From the IMG/VR virus record IMGVR_UViG_3300020171_000002: a stretch of 64,000 nt of DNA, one strand, 5' to 3'. The position numbers were made by a program, and so were the translations under genes. Of this stretch, positions 1-9,359 are shown in pieces. Under the pieces are notes generated by a model. It searched no databases. It saw only the letters and a program-made list of their open reading frames with translations, and was not told the DNA's origin. Numbering within the stretch: position 1 is the first letter of the stretch; each line of letters begins with the position of its first letter. The DNA comes from an uncultured virus (IMG/VR IMGVR_UViG_3300020171_000002). Lineage: Duplodnaviria; Heunggongvirae; Uroviricota; Caudoviricetes.

Positions 1-1527
1 AGAATCTTTAGCAATATTTCCCACTCCTTCTGTGATGTTGCGTTTATAGGAAAGTGCAAAAAATGGCTCAATTCCGCTGTTTACGCCACCAATAATAGCA
101 ATAGACCCCGTAGGCGCAAGACTGATGCAGGCAACGTTTCTAACACCAATTTGTCTCAATTCTTCTCGATTAATATATGATTTTTCGTAAGGGCTATCAT
201 ATAAAACTTTTTCAACTACGTGAAGATCTACTTTTTCTGAATCATAATAAGCAAAAGCACCACGCTCTTTAGCTAATTGAAATGATTCTTCCCAAGCATG
301 AAAATTAATAAACCATGAAAGATATTCCGATAATTCAACCGCCTCATCTGAATCATATGGAATATTCATTTCTATTAATAAATCTGCAAAACCCATTACT
401 CCACCACCTAAACGCCTCAATGATTTTGTAACAATGTTTATTTTATCCAATGGAGCTTCTGTTACTTCTGTAACGTCATCTAAAAATCTGATTAATGTTC
501 TTACAAGTGTTTTTAATAAATCCCAATCAATTTGTTTTGTCTTTTGGTCAAATATATACAAAAGAACAATTGATGCCAAGATACAACTTTCATTAGATAA
601 TAGGGGGACTTCACCGCAGGGATTAGTTGCATAAATTAATTCTAAAAATTTTACCATATTATCTTCATTAATTCTATCAAAAAATAACTCGCCTGGATCA
701 CCCGACTCCCATGCTTGAGTTGCCATTCGCAATAATAAATCTTTCGCATTTACTGTTTTTATAACTTTGCCTGTTGCAGGAGAAATCAAGTCCCAATTAC
801 GATTTTCTTTTACCGCATTCATAAAATCATCTGTAAGTAGAACTGAAATGTTGAAATGAGTTAATTGATCGTCTAAAAGAGTTTTTTCTAAAACCTTTTC
901 GTATTTTGTGTTTTTTAATCTGCCATCAAAAGATTTTAAATTACGATCATATTCCTCCATTAATCTTGAATTTCTTACATCTAAATTAGATTTAAATCCA
1001 ATAAAACTTTCTATGTCTGGATGTGAAACAATCAAAGATCCTAATTGAGCACCTCTTCTGGATGCTTGTTGAATTACTTCTCCTGTTTGGTCAAACAGTG
1101 TCATAAAACTTAGAGCACCAGAAGCCTCACCACCAGTAGAATTAATCAACGCTCCTTTTTCTCGAATATTAGAAAAAGAATATCCTACACCTCCACCCAT
1201 AGCAAAAACTTCAGCAGCATCTTTCAAAGCCTCATATATGGAACTTCTAGAATCTTGAATAGATAAAACAAAACAGTTGGCAAGATTTTTTATTCCTGTT
1301 CCAGCATTTGCAATTATTCTTCCACCAGGAAGAATAAATAAATCATATATGACTTTATAATATTCTTCTTCGGATTCTAATATCTGTTCATCAGTTGATC
1401 CGTAATTTCTTCCTCCTTCCGCTATTTGTTTTGCGATGGTTCTACATTTTTCACTCCAAACCTTTGTTTTGTTTTTTGAATATTTTAGTGCGAAAACTTT
1501 TTTTGCCTTTTCATTAAGTTCTGCCAA
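1..1527 (-). CDS. nrdJ: Class II (B12-dependent) ribonucleotide reductase, 3' end outside window
   Basis: Manual translation: TTG start after AAGGAGG; motifs PGGRIIANAG, NCFVL, GGGVGYSFS, RRGAQ, NPCGE, APTGS, SGIEP. Confidence 0.9.
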   Translation of the reverse strand, partial: MAELNEKAKKVFALKYSKNKTKVWSEKCRTIAKQIAEGGRNYGSTDEQILESEEEYYKVIYDLFILPGGRIIANAGTGIKNLANCFVLSIQDSRSSIYEALKDAAEVFAMGGGVGYSFSNIREKGALINSTGGEASGALSFMTLFDQTGEVIQQASRRGAQLGSLIVSHPDIESFIGFKSNLDVRNSRLMEEYDRNLKSFDGRLKNTKYEKVLEKTLLDDQLTHFNISVLLTDDFMNAVKENRNWDLISPATGKVIKTVNAKDLLLRMATQAWESGDPGELFFDRINEDNMVKFLELIYATNPCGEVPLLSNESCILASIVLLYIFDQKTKQIDWDLLKTLVRTLIRFLDDVTEVTEAPLDKINIVTKSLRRLGGGVMGFADLLIEMNIPYDSDEAVELSEYLSWFINFHAWEESFQLAKERGAFAYYDSEKVDLHVVEKVLYDSPYEKSYINREELRQIGVRNVACISLAPTGSIAIIGGVNSGIEPFFALSYKRNITEGVGNIAKDS

Positions 1528-1581
1528 TCATACCTCCTTAAATAAAATAATATTAATATTAAAAAATATATGTTTCAATTA

Positions 1582-2121
1582 TCAATCAGAACGCAATTCC
1601 ATTGTTCTAGCAATTTCTATAGCATTCTTCTTTACATAGTTTAATCCTTCTTCGTTTATAATTACGATGTCAAATCTATAGTTATCTAAAGCAGTTTCAG
1701 AAGGATGTGATTTCTGTTCTTCTGTTAATCCATTATCGAACCCGTTTCTTTTAACAATAACTGAATATACCCCATAATATTCTTCTTTCAGTTTATTTAT
1801 TTCATTTGGAAATCTGCAATCTGGTACTAAGAAATAGTCAAATTCTGTTCCAAAAGCATATATAAATTCTTTAATTACATTTACCCAAATATCAGGATTA
1901 TTCTTTCTGGCTAAATCAGTTCCTACTTTTTGTAAAATAGTTCTTCCTTCTTCGTTTTTAATTCCATCCCAATTGAACTATTCTTTACAAACATATTTTA
2001 AATAATCGGCAAAATGTAAGATAACAACTCTTTTGCCACAAGATTGTAAAGTTTCCTTTACATATTTTGCGGTTGTATCTTTTCCGTGTTGTGCTTTTCC
2101 AGAAAAAGTTATTACTTTCAT
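1582..2121 (-). pseudogene. Deoxynucleoside monophosphate kinase with one in-frame TAG (1978-1980)
   Basis: Manual translation MKVITFSGKAQHGKDT..FADYLK..E*FNWDG..GRTILQKVGTD..PDCRFPNE..HPSETALD; absent from ORF track because of the stop. Confidence 0.8.
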
Positions 2122-2711
2122 TCAATGACCTCTTCTTTTTTGATTGTCTTAAAATAATCTATAATTTCTTTCCAATTATTTTTACGAACATATCTATTTT
2201 CCACTTCATCATAGTTATCTTTTTTAGAAGTATTCCAGGGTTTTTCAAATAAAATGGCTCTTTTATTTGGATCTTGAATAAATTCTTGAACATTCTCCCA
2301 TCGATCATCAATAAGGAAATCCATATTAATTAAAGACTTATCATAAGCGTGAACAAAATTTTCTCGTTTATCTAAGAAATCATGTTTTTCTAACCAATCA
2401 TATTTAGAATCCATTCTGTTACTTGCTGTAACATAAATGACTCTAAATCCCATCTTTCTTAGTTTTTTAATTCCCTTCCATGCTCCCTTTATTGGTTCAC
2501 AGTGATTATATATATTAAAGTCTGGAGTAGGATGAATATAATCATAAATTTCATCTCCACATTTTACAAAACTATCAATTTTCCATTCGGTTATAGTATT
2601 TATATCCAAATGATCATCATAATCCTCATTATACATATTAACCCAATTAGGAACTAAATTGATAACAACATCATCACAATCAACTCCAATAATTATTTCT
2701 TTTTCTGTCAT
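2118..2711 (-). CDS. 5'(3')-deoxyribonucleotidase (HAD, NT5C-like)
   Basis: GVDCDDV motif I, YVTA, LIDD. Confidence 0.85.
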   Translation of the reverse strand: MTEKEIIIGVDCDDVVINLVPNWVNMYNEDYDDHLDINTITEWKIDSFVKCGDEIYDYIHPTPDFNIYNHCEPIKGAWKGIKKLRKMGFRVIYVTASNRMDSKYDWLEKHDFLDKRENFVHAYDKSLINMDFLIDDRWENVQEFIQDPNKRAILFEKPWNTSKKDNYDEVENRYVRKNNWKEIIDYFKTIKKEEVIE

Positions 2712-3706
2712 AGTTTTTTTAAAGTTCCGTTTCCTGTTTTGATATAAGTTATTTCTTGATTGTGTAATTCGTTAATATCAGAACAATCCAAATAAGATAA
2801 ACCAGATTTAAGTCCCCATATAAATTCCTCATATATTTCTTTTAATGGTCTAATATCTTCTTGTGGTATCTGTATTACCAATCCTTCATTTGATCTTAAA
2901 TGTTTTCCCATTTCGTTTTGTAATTTATAAGAACTCATCCCATGTACAATACCTCCGTTGTTAGATTCTTTGCTTTTTCCAAATAAACTTCCTATCATTA
3001 CATAATCAGCACCAAATACAAAAGCCTTCATTGCATTTCCAGAATTTTTTATTCCACCATCAGCAATAATTTTTACATTTGGATAAAAATTTTTTATGTT
3101 AGAACAATCTTGAATTGCTGTCAAATCTGGAATTCCCACACTCGTCACCCCTCTCGTGGCACATACACTCCCCCCACCAATACCAACTCTAATAAAATCG
3201 CTTCCTGCTTGTGCCAAATGATAAGCTCCTTCATATGTAGCAACATTACCAGAAACGATCTTAAAATCCAATCCACTTTTTTTTCTGTATTCATTTAATG
3301 AAGAAACAGAATTTATTGTTCTTTGCATATGTCCTGTAGCAGTATCAATACAAATAAATTTTGCTCCATTTTCTACTGCTAATTTGACATAAACAAGTTC
3401 TTTTTTCCATTGATTGATTCCAATGGAAACACCATAGTTGCTAACTCCCCTTAGTTGTATTATGGCTTCTAATCTTTCAGCTTCCGTTGAAAAGAATCGA
3501 TGGAGTATACCAATTCCACCTAATCTGCTCAATTCTTTTATGAACGGAACATTACTAATTCCCCTCATTGGAGCAGAAAAAATAGGCATATATTTTTTAT
3601 CTGTAACAAAAATATTTACATCTTTTCTGCTATTGATGGATGATTGTTCTGGTACTAATAAAACATCATCATAGTCTAGTGGTTCTAATTCTGATTTTAT
3701 AATCAT
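2708..3706 (-). CDS. IMP dehydrogenase / GMP reductase family (no CBS domains)
   Basis: YDDVLLVP, GNVAT, RVGIGGGSVCATR, IIADGGI, GMSS. Confidence 0.9.
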   Translation of the reverse strand: MIIKSELEPLDYDDVLLVPEQSSINSRKDVNIFVTDKKYMPIFSAPMRGISNVPFIKELSRLGGIGILHRFFSTEAERLEAIIQLRGVSNYGVSIGINQWKKELVYVKLAVENGAKFICIDTATGHMQRTINSVSSLNEYRKKSGLDFKIVSGNVATYEGAYHLAQAGSDFIRVGIGGGSVCATRGVTSVGIPDLTAIQDCSNIKNFYPNVKIIADGGIKNSGNAMKAFVFGADYVMIGSLFGKSKESNNGGIVHGMSSYKLQNEMGKHLRSNEGLVIQIPQEDIRPLKEIYEEFIWGLKSGLSYLDCSDINELHNQEITYIKTGNGTLKKL

Positions 3707-3747
3707 TTATTTATATAATATCTCCTTTGTTTGGCAAATAGAATTTT

Positions 3748-3776
3748 ATTTTATCATGCAAGTTCGTTTTAGTCAA
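3748..3776 (-). promoter_or_regulatory. Sigma70-like promoter TTGACT-N17-TAAAAT
   Basis: Read from sequence upstream of the IMPDH/GMPR gene. Confidence 0.6.
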
Positions 3777-3860
3777 TGTTTGAATGTTAAAATTTTGTTT
3801 TATTCTGAATTTTTTAAGGTTTGAAATGTTAAAGAAAAGATTATGAATGTTAAAGAAAAG

Positions 3861-6200
3861 TTAAAATCCTTTCATCCAAGTGTTTCTTTCTTTTACTTTA
3901 TTGTTACTCAAACATCTATCATAGGCATAAGGTTCATATAATAATAAAACTTTTTCTTGCCCTCTCGTAAGCATGGTATATAAAAATGTTTGATCCAATA
4001 ATGTATAATGAGTATTATCAATAACTCCAATGATATATTTAGCTTGACCTCCTTGTATTTTGTGACATGTGCTTACATAAGCCAAATCCAGTTCTGATAA
4101 TTCTGATCTAGAATATTCTATTCTTTTATCTGGATAATCAACAATTAAATAATCTTGATTTACATTTCTTCCAATTTCTTTTATATATCCAATTTCTCCA
4201 TTGAACACACCTAAATCATAATTGTTCTTGATGTGCATTACTTTATTATTTAATCTAAAAGATCTTTTACCGTGTTTAATTTCATTATCTGTATTTGGAG
4301 TTAATATATTTTGAATTATTTTATTTATTTCTTCTGTTGAATTTATGCAATCTTTTTTTCTAGGAACAATTATTTGAACATTATCTAATCCAACTTCTTC
4401 AACTGATTTTAAGAATGTATTAATTGCTATTTTTCTCAGTGATTCTCTGTTGTTTCTACAAATATAATACATATCTTGAAGATCCCCATTAATAGTTTTC
4501 AATTCTTTTTTACCTTTTAATGGATCTTCACCTTTTCTAATTTTATTAGCATCACTAATAATTCCTGATCTTTCTGCTTGACGATGAACTTTAGTAAGTC
4601 TATTAATTTGAAAATTTTCTTTTGAAAGAATATCCGTTGGGAAAGAACCATATGAGAGTGGGGGGAGTTGCCCCACATCACCTATCAATATCACTTTTGT
4701 TTCTGGATTAATTGCTTCAAATAATTTTAAATATAGTCCAGAATAAATCATTGAATATTCATCAACTATTATAACGCTATATGGTAATTTATTATATCTA
4801 TTATATAAAAATTGATTTAAACCCTGTGCGCCTAATAATCGATGAATGGTCATTGCCTGAAATCCGCTTACTTCTTCTAATCTTTTGCCTGCTCTTGCAG
4901 ACAAAGCACAAGCACCAATAGAATAACCAGCTTGATCATATATGTTTAAAATGGCTCTAGTTATGCTTGTTTTCCCTGTGCCGCCTAGACCTACAATTAC
5001 ACTAAACGATTTTTTTATAACACTTAAAATTACATCCAATTGTTCTTTTGTATATTTATATCCCTGTATTTCTTCTGCGATTCTTATTCCTTCATCAATA
5101 TTGTTTTGTGTTAAATAAAGAGTTTCTTGTGCATTAAGTTCATTTACAATATCCCAAATTTCTTTCTCAACCCAATAATAGTAATGCAACCCGACCTTGT
5201 AGTCTCCATTCTCTTCATCTTTTTCTATGTGAAGAATGGTTTCATGTTGTTTTTCAGATTCAATAAATTCATTATATAAAGACTCTGCTTCAAGAATGTT
5301 TTCTTTAATTGCTGAATCTAATTCACTTAAATAAATCCAGGTATCTCCTCTTTCTTCTCCTATGTTTTTCAAGTAATCTTTGACAAATCCTTTTACTCTT
5401 TGTTCAGAAACCAACAAGTCGTCATTTATTTTCAAAGCAATAGTATCAGCAGTTTTAAATCCTATGCCATCTATTTCAGTAATAATATATGGATCGTTTA
5501 ATAATTTTTCTTTTAGTAAATATGGATTTGGTTCTTCATTGAAAAGCTGTTTGATTCTTTTTTGTGAAATACCATACGGAGATAACAATGATAAAACATC
5601 TGCCATCAAATAATTGTCTAAAATTTTATTCTTTATGATCTTCCAAGTAAATTCTTTAATTCCATTTAACTTGTTTAGATCTATTTCAGAATCGACATTA
5701 GAATTGCTTATAACCATATCAACAATATCTGGATAAACTTCCAAAAGTGTTTCTACTTGATTCTCTGTAAGAATAGACTTTAGAAATAACTTAGAATCTT
5801 CAACTGTTTTAGGTGTATCCTGTGAGATACTAATAACTTCAAAACCATAGCCCCATTTAGAATGATTAGACAACTTGGCTTTTACTTTATATGGAACATC
5901 TGAATAATCTAATCGTTGCATTTTTCCACGTAAAGTTACTTGGTAGAGAATTCTATCATCTTCTTTTGTTGAAAAGAGATTATTGTTTCTTATAGCAATT
6001 GATGTTGGCAATTCTATTTCTGAATTAAAAGTATAAACTCCCCAAGATGAATCATCTGAATAGAATCTTTCATAAGTTATAAACCCTGTAAATTCATATG
6101 TTTTATCAAAGTCTATTGGGAGATCGGATTTTTTATTATTAGAAATTATAGACAATAAATCTTCTTCTTCGTTATAATGTTTTGTTTTAAATTCTTTCAA
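3861..6200 (-). CDS. recD2: RecD2-like SF1B helicase
   Basis: HhH GIGFKTAD, Walker A GLGGTGKT, TIHRLL, VDEYSM, GDVGQLPP, HRQA. Confidence 0.9.
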   Translation of the reverse strand: MKEFKTKHYNEEEDLLSIISNNKKSDLPIDFDKTYEFTGFITYERFYSDDSSWGVYTFNSEIELPTSIAIRNNNLFSTKEDDRILYQVTLRGKMQRLDYSDVPYKVKAKLSNHSKWGYGFEVISISQDTPKTVEDSKLFLKSILTENQVETLLEVYPDIVDMVISNSNVDSEIDLNKLNGIKEFTWKIIKNKILDNYLMADVLSLLSPYGISQKRIKQLFNEEPNPYLLKEKLLNDPYIITEIDGIGFKTADTIALKINDDLLVSEQRVKGFVKDYLKNIGEERGDTWIYLSELDSAIKENILEAESLYNEFIESEKQHETILHIEKDEENGDYKVGLHYYYWVEKEIWDIVNELNAQETLYLTQNNIDEGIRIAEEIQGYKYTKEQLDVILSVIKKSFSVIVGLGGTGKTSITRAILNIYDQAGYSIGACALSARAGKRLEEVSGFQAMTIHRLLGAQGLNQFLYNRYNKLPYSVIIVDEYSMIYSGLYLKLFEAINPETKVILIGDVGQLPPLSYGSFPTDILSKENFQINRLTKVHRQAERSGIISDANKIRKGEDPLKGKKELKTINGDLQDMYYICRNNRESLRKIAINTFLKSVEEVGLDNVQIIVPRKKDCINSTEEINKIIQNILTPNTDNEIKHGKRSFRLNNKVMHIKNNYDLGVFNGEIGYIKEIGRNVNQDYLIVDYPDKRIEYSRSELSELDLAYVSTCHKIQGGQAKYIIGVIDNTHYTLLDQTFLYTMLTRGQEKVLLLYEPYAYDRCLSNNKVKERNTWMKGF

Positions 6201-6221
6201 AAATTATCTCCATTCCTGCAT

Positions 6222-8825
6222 TCATTTTATCAACTTATCGTTTTCTTTAACAATATAATACACTTCTAACCATAAGTCAAACTTATCTTCTATTTCAACC
6301 CACTTGCTTTCTTCATTTTTAGTCATAGAATTCTTTTTTGTAACTTTTTTGAATAATAAAATATCACCTTTATTTATAGGAAATTCATTATAAACTTTCT
6401 TCTTTATTTTAAATGTTTTTCTCTCTCCTGTCAAGAGATTTTGAAATTCTATTTTTGGTGAATATTTTAAATCTATTTCTAATGCTACCGCATAATTTTT
6501 GTTTACAGGAAAATTGGTTTGAATCTCATTTAGGATTTGTAGCTCATTCTTTATTTGTTCTTGAATTGAATAGTTCTTATTGGGAAGTTCATCCCATATT
6601 TTTTGTAGTTCAGGAACTCTTTTTTCTTTTGTTTTATCAGTGTGTGTTTTAGAATATCTATTTTTGCCTGAAGTGAATTCTTTATAAAATTCATGGAGTT
6701 TTTTATTTTTACCAAATTCTTCAAAGTACCTTATTTTTATTAGATCTTCAAATTTGGAAGATATGTAGGAGTTGTCTTCTGAAAATATTAGGAGGTCGAG
6801 GAATGTTTTTCCTTTAAATTCTCTATGAATAGTCAATAAGTTCTGAACTACTATCGTGCTTAGACCCTTTATCTTATTTAATTTACTTAATATTTTTTCT
6901 ATTTCTGGATCTGGTTTTTCTATTTTAATTTCGTCTTCAGAAATATCATTAATAGAAAAATCTATCTCTGTATCTTTGTTAGATTCAATGTCGTTTATAT
7001 ATTTATACGCTTCTTCTACATAAAAATCATAATCTATATTATAAGTATCAATTGGGACATTCTTATCGTAATCATTTAGAACTTTAGTTAATTGATCTAC
7101 AAATAATCCGATTGTACTGCCATCTGCTTTTCTTCTTTTTATTAGTTTTCCACCATTCTTACTAATATAAAATCTATTATTTTTTTGTAAAATTTCAATT
7201 TTATCGTCTTTGTGAAATTCCATTTGAAAATCTGTTCCTGCTTTTTGAGATATACAAAAATCTAAAACACCTTTAGATTCTTTATATGTTTCTAAAACAG
7301 GTTTTTCATTAATAAAATATTCATACATTGCTACAGCAACAATAGGATATTTGTAACCTTTTTTAATGTTTATTTCTTTTATATATCTTCCCTTTTCTTT
7401 TGTTTCATTATTTATTTTTTTAGAGATATAATTATTAACGTCAGATCTAATGTACAAAGAATAAGGAGTATATTCTAATTCAAAGTTTGTTCTTTTCTCC
7501 CATTCTTTACATATTTCATAATATTTTTTTTCTAAATCTCTTGGTATTTTACAAATTATTCCATCTGTATTAGCTGATATAGTAGGTATTCCTTCTAAAG
7601 CTAAAGATTCTATTAGTCCCAACAAATATAATTGACCAGATAGAGTAACACTAATCATGGCTTTAGCATCTTCTAACCAAAATGTATTACTGCCTAATTT
7701 CCCAAAAATAGAATTAATTGTGATTTTTAAACCATCAGCCTTAACTTTATCTCCCGTGTGTTTAGCTTCCAATCTTTCTTTAGTTATTTTATCTAATACT
7801 TTTAAAAATCCTTCATCTAAATGCGCAGGAATAATTTTCTCATTTAGTATGATATTAGGATAATAGCTTGAAACATCGCAGTCTTGAATTAGATAATTAT
7901 CATCTGTTTCAAATAATCTAGCATCATCTACACTATGCAATCCTCCAATACCTAGTTCGTATTTACATCCTGCAAATTCTATTTGTTTTTTATATCTGTA
8001 ATTAGTATCTTTACGAACAAGGGTATTTTCTATCTCCAACTTTACTTTTTTTAATTTATTTGTTTTAAATTCTATTTTATCTGATATACATTCAGATAGC
8101 ATAAATTGATCTCTTTTTGTTCGTAAATTTCTAATAGTATTTATATCTAAATTCAATTCTTTAGAATAAATTTCTTCCAATAAAACATTAGCCATTTTAC
8201 TATCACTAGCATTATTTAAATCAACTTTAAATAGTTCACCTAAATCTTTTCTTAAGTTTATTAATGGAAGTATTTTTTTATATAACTCAAAAGTAATCAG
8301 AACATCATTAAAGTTGTAATTTAATATAGTATTAACTTGTTCTTTTTTTATTAATGTATCATATTCTAAGGGAAGATCTTGTACTTTATGCCATTTTAAG
8401 TTAATGGATGTTTGTTTTAAACTTATTCCTAGTTTGTCAAAAGCAAGTATTTTCATTAAATCCAATTGATAATAAGGAAGTTCTTTTCCAGGGAATTGTA
8501 GTTCTCTAATTTCTTTATCGAATCTAAAATTATCAGAAACTAATTTACTGGATATTCTAAATATGTTAGTTAATAAATCATCTACTGACAATTCCATATT
8601 TTCAATAATATAGTATAGAATAGCACCATCATAATAAATATTATTATATCCTATTATTTGAATATTTCTGTTTAAGAAATTGAATAATTTTGTAGTATCA
8701 TTTCTGTTTTCAAATATGATAAAGGTTTCTTTTCGCTGAGTATCTATATCTAAAAATATGGAAGAAAAGAAATTAGGAAATACTTCAATATCGTAAACAT
8801 ATTTTTTTTCAAAATTGGTGATCAT
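6222..8825 (-). CDS. DNA polymerase: family-B-type exonuclease+polymerase core with a DnaE-like C-terminal extension
   Basis: YDIE, GYNNIYYD, YNFND (exo I-III); DVSSYYP, KITINSIFGK, NTDG (PolB motifs); tail LNKIKGLS..FLDLL..LIKIRYFEEFG..YSPKI. Confidence 0.85.
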   Translation of the reverse strand: MITNFEKKYVYDIEVFPNFFSSIFLDIDTQRKETFIIFENRNDTTKLFNFLNRNIQIIGYNNIYYDGAILYYIIENMELSVDDLLTNIFRISSKLVSDNFRFDKEIRELQFPGKELPYYQLDLMKILAFDKLGISLKQTSINLKWHKVQDLPLEYDTLIKKEQVNTILNYNFNDVLITFELYKKILPLINLRKDLGELFKVDLNNASDSKMANVLLEEIYSKELNLDINTIRNLRTKRDQFMLSECISDKIEFKTNKLKKVKLEIENTLVRKDTNYRYKKQIEFAGCKYELGIGGLHSVDDARLFETDDNYLIQDCDVSSYYPNIILNEKIIPAHLDEGFLKVLDKITKERLEAKHTGDKVKADGLKITINSIFGKLGSNTFWLEDAKAMISVTLSGQLYLLGLIESLALEGIPTISANTDGIICKIPRDLEKKYYEICKEWEKRTNFELEYTPYSLYIRSDVNNYISKKINNETKEKGRYIKEINIKKGYKYPIVAVAMYEYFINEKPVLETYKESKGVLDFCISQKAGTDFQMEFHKDDKIEILQKNNRFYISKNGGKLIKRRKADGSTIGLFVDQLTKVLNDYDKNVPIDTYNIDYDFYVEEAYKYINDIESNKDTEIDFSINDISEDEIKIEKPDPEIEKILSKLNKIKGLSTIVVQNLLTIHREFKGKTFLDLLIFSEDNSYISSKFEDLIKIRYFEEFGKNKKLHEFYKEFTSGKNRYSKTHTDKTKEKRVPELQKIWDELPNKNYSIQEQIKNELQILNEIQTNFPVNKNYAVALEIDLKYSPKIEFQNLLTGERKTFKIKKKVYNEFPINKGDILLFKKVTKKNSMTKNEESKWVEIEDKFDLWLEVYYIVKENDKLIK

Positions 8826-8827
8826 AT

Positions 8828-9355
8828 TTATTCTATACCATATTCTTTAAATAAATTCTTTTGTGGAGAAAATTCTTTAAAATGTTTTAATTCTAATTTT
8901 AGTCTATTAATTATTGCTTCTTCTTTTGTTTTTACTATTCTTCCATATCTTTTCCCATTATAAGTTAGATAAAAATGCCAGGTTTCATCTTCTGTTTTAC
9001 TTATTCCAATAATTCCAGAAGAATTATCAAATCTTTTTCCTGAATTTATATTATTGAATTGCCTGTTAACTAATCTTAGATTTTTATTTCTATTATCTAA
9101 TCTATTTCTATCTATATGATCTACAATTATAGAATCATCATTATGAACATCTAACAAATATCTGTGAAATAGGACATTTCTAATTCTTTCATCTTTTTTT
9201 AATCTGGCAATTCCATAATCATGATTCCCTATAGACCAAGTAAGATTCTTTACTTTATCATATTTATCTGGACTAAAATATATTATTTTTCCTTTATAAT
9301 CTGTAAGACTCATTATGGTATCACTTATAAGTTTGTATGTATTTATACCTGCCAT
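8828..9355 (-). CDS. Free-standing HNH homing endonuclease with AP2-like domain
   Basis: HRYL..VDHIDRNRLDNRNKNLR..N; SGIIGI. Confidence 0.85.
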   Translation of the reverse strand: MAGINTYKLISDTIMSLTDYKGKIIYFSPDKYDKVKNLTWSIGNHDYGIARLKKDERIRNVLFHRYLLDVHNDDSIIVDHIDRNRLDNRNKNLRLVNRQFNNINSGKRFDNSSGIIGISKTEDETWHFYLTYNGKRYGRIVKTKEEAIINRLKLELKHFKEFSPQKNLFKEYGIE

Positions 9356-9359
9356 TATA

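Noticed and set aside
8828..9355. HNH gene as part of a group I intron
   Set aside because: The flanking RecJ and polymerase ORFs look complete, and gaps of 2-4 nt leave no room for intron core structure.
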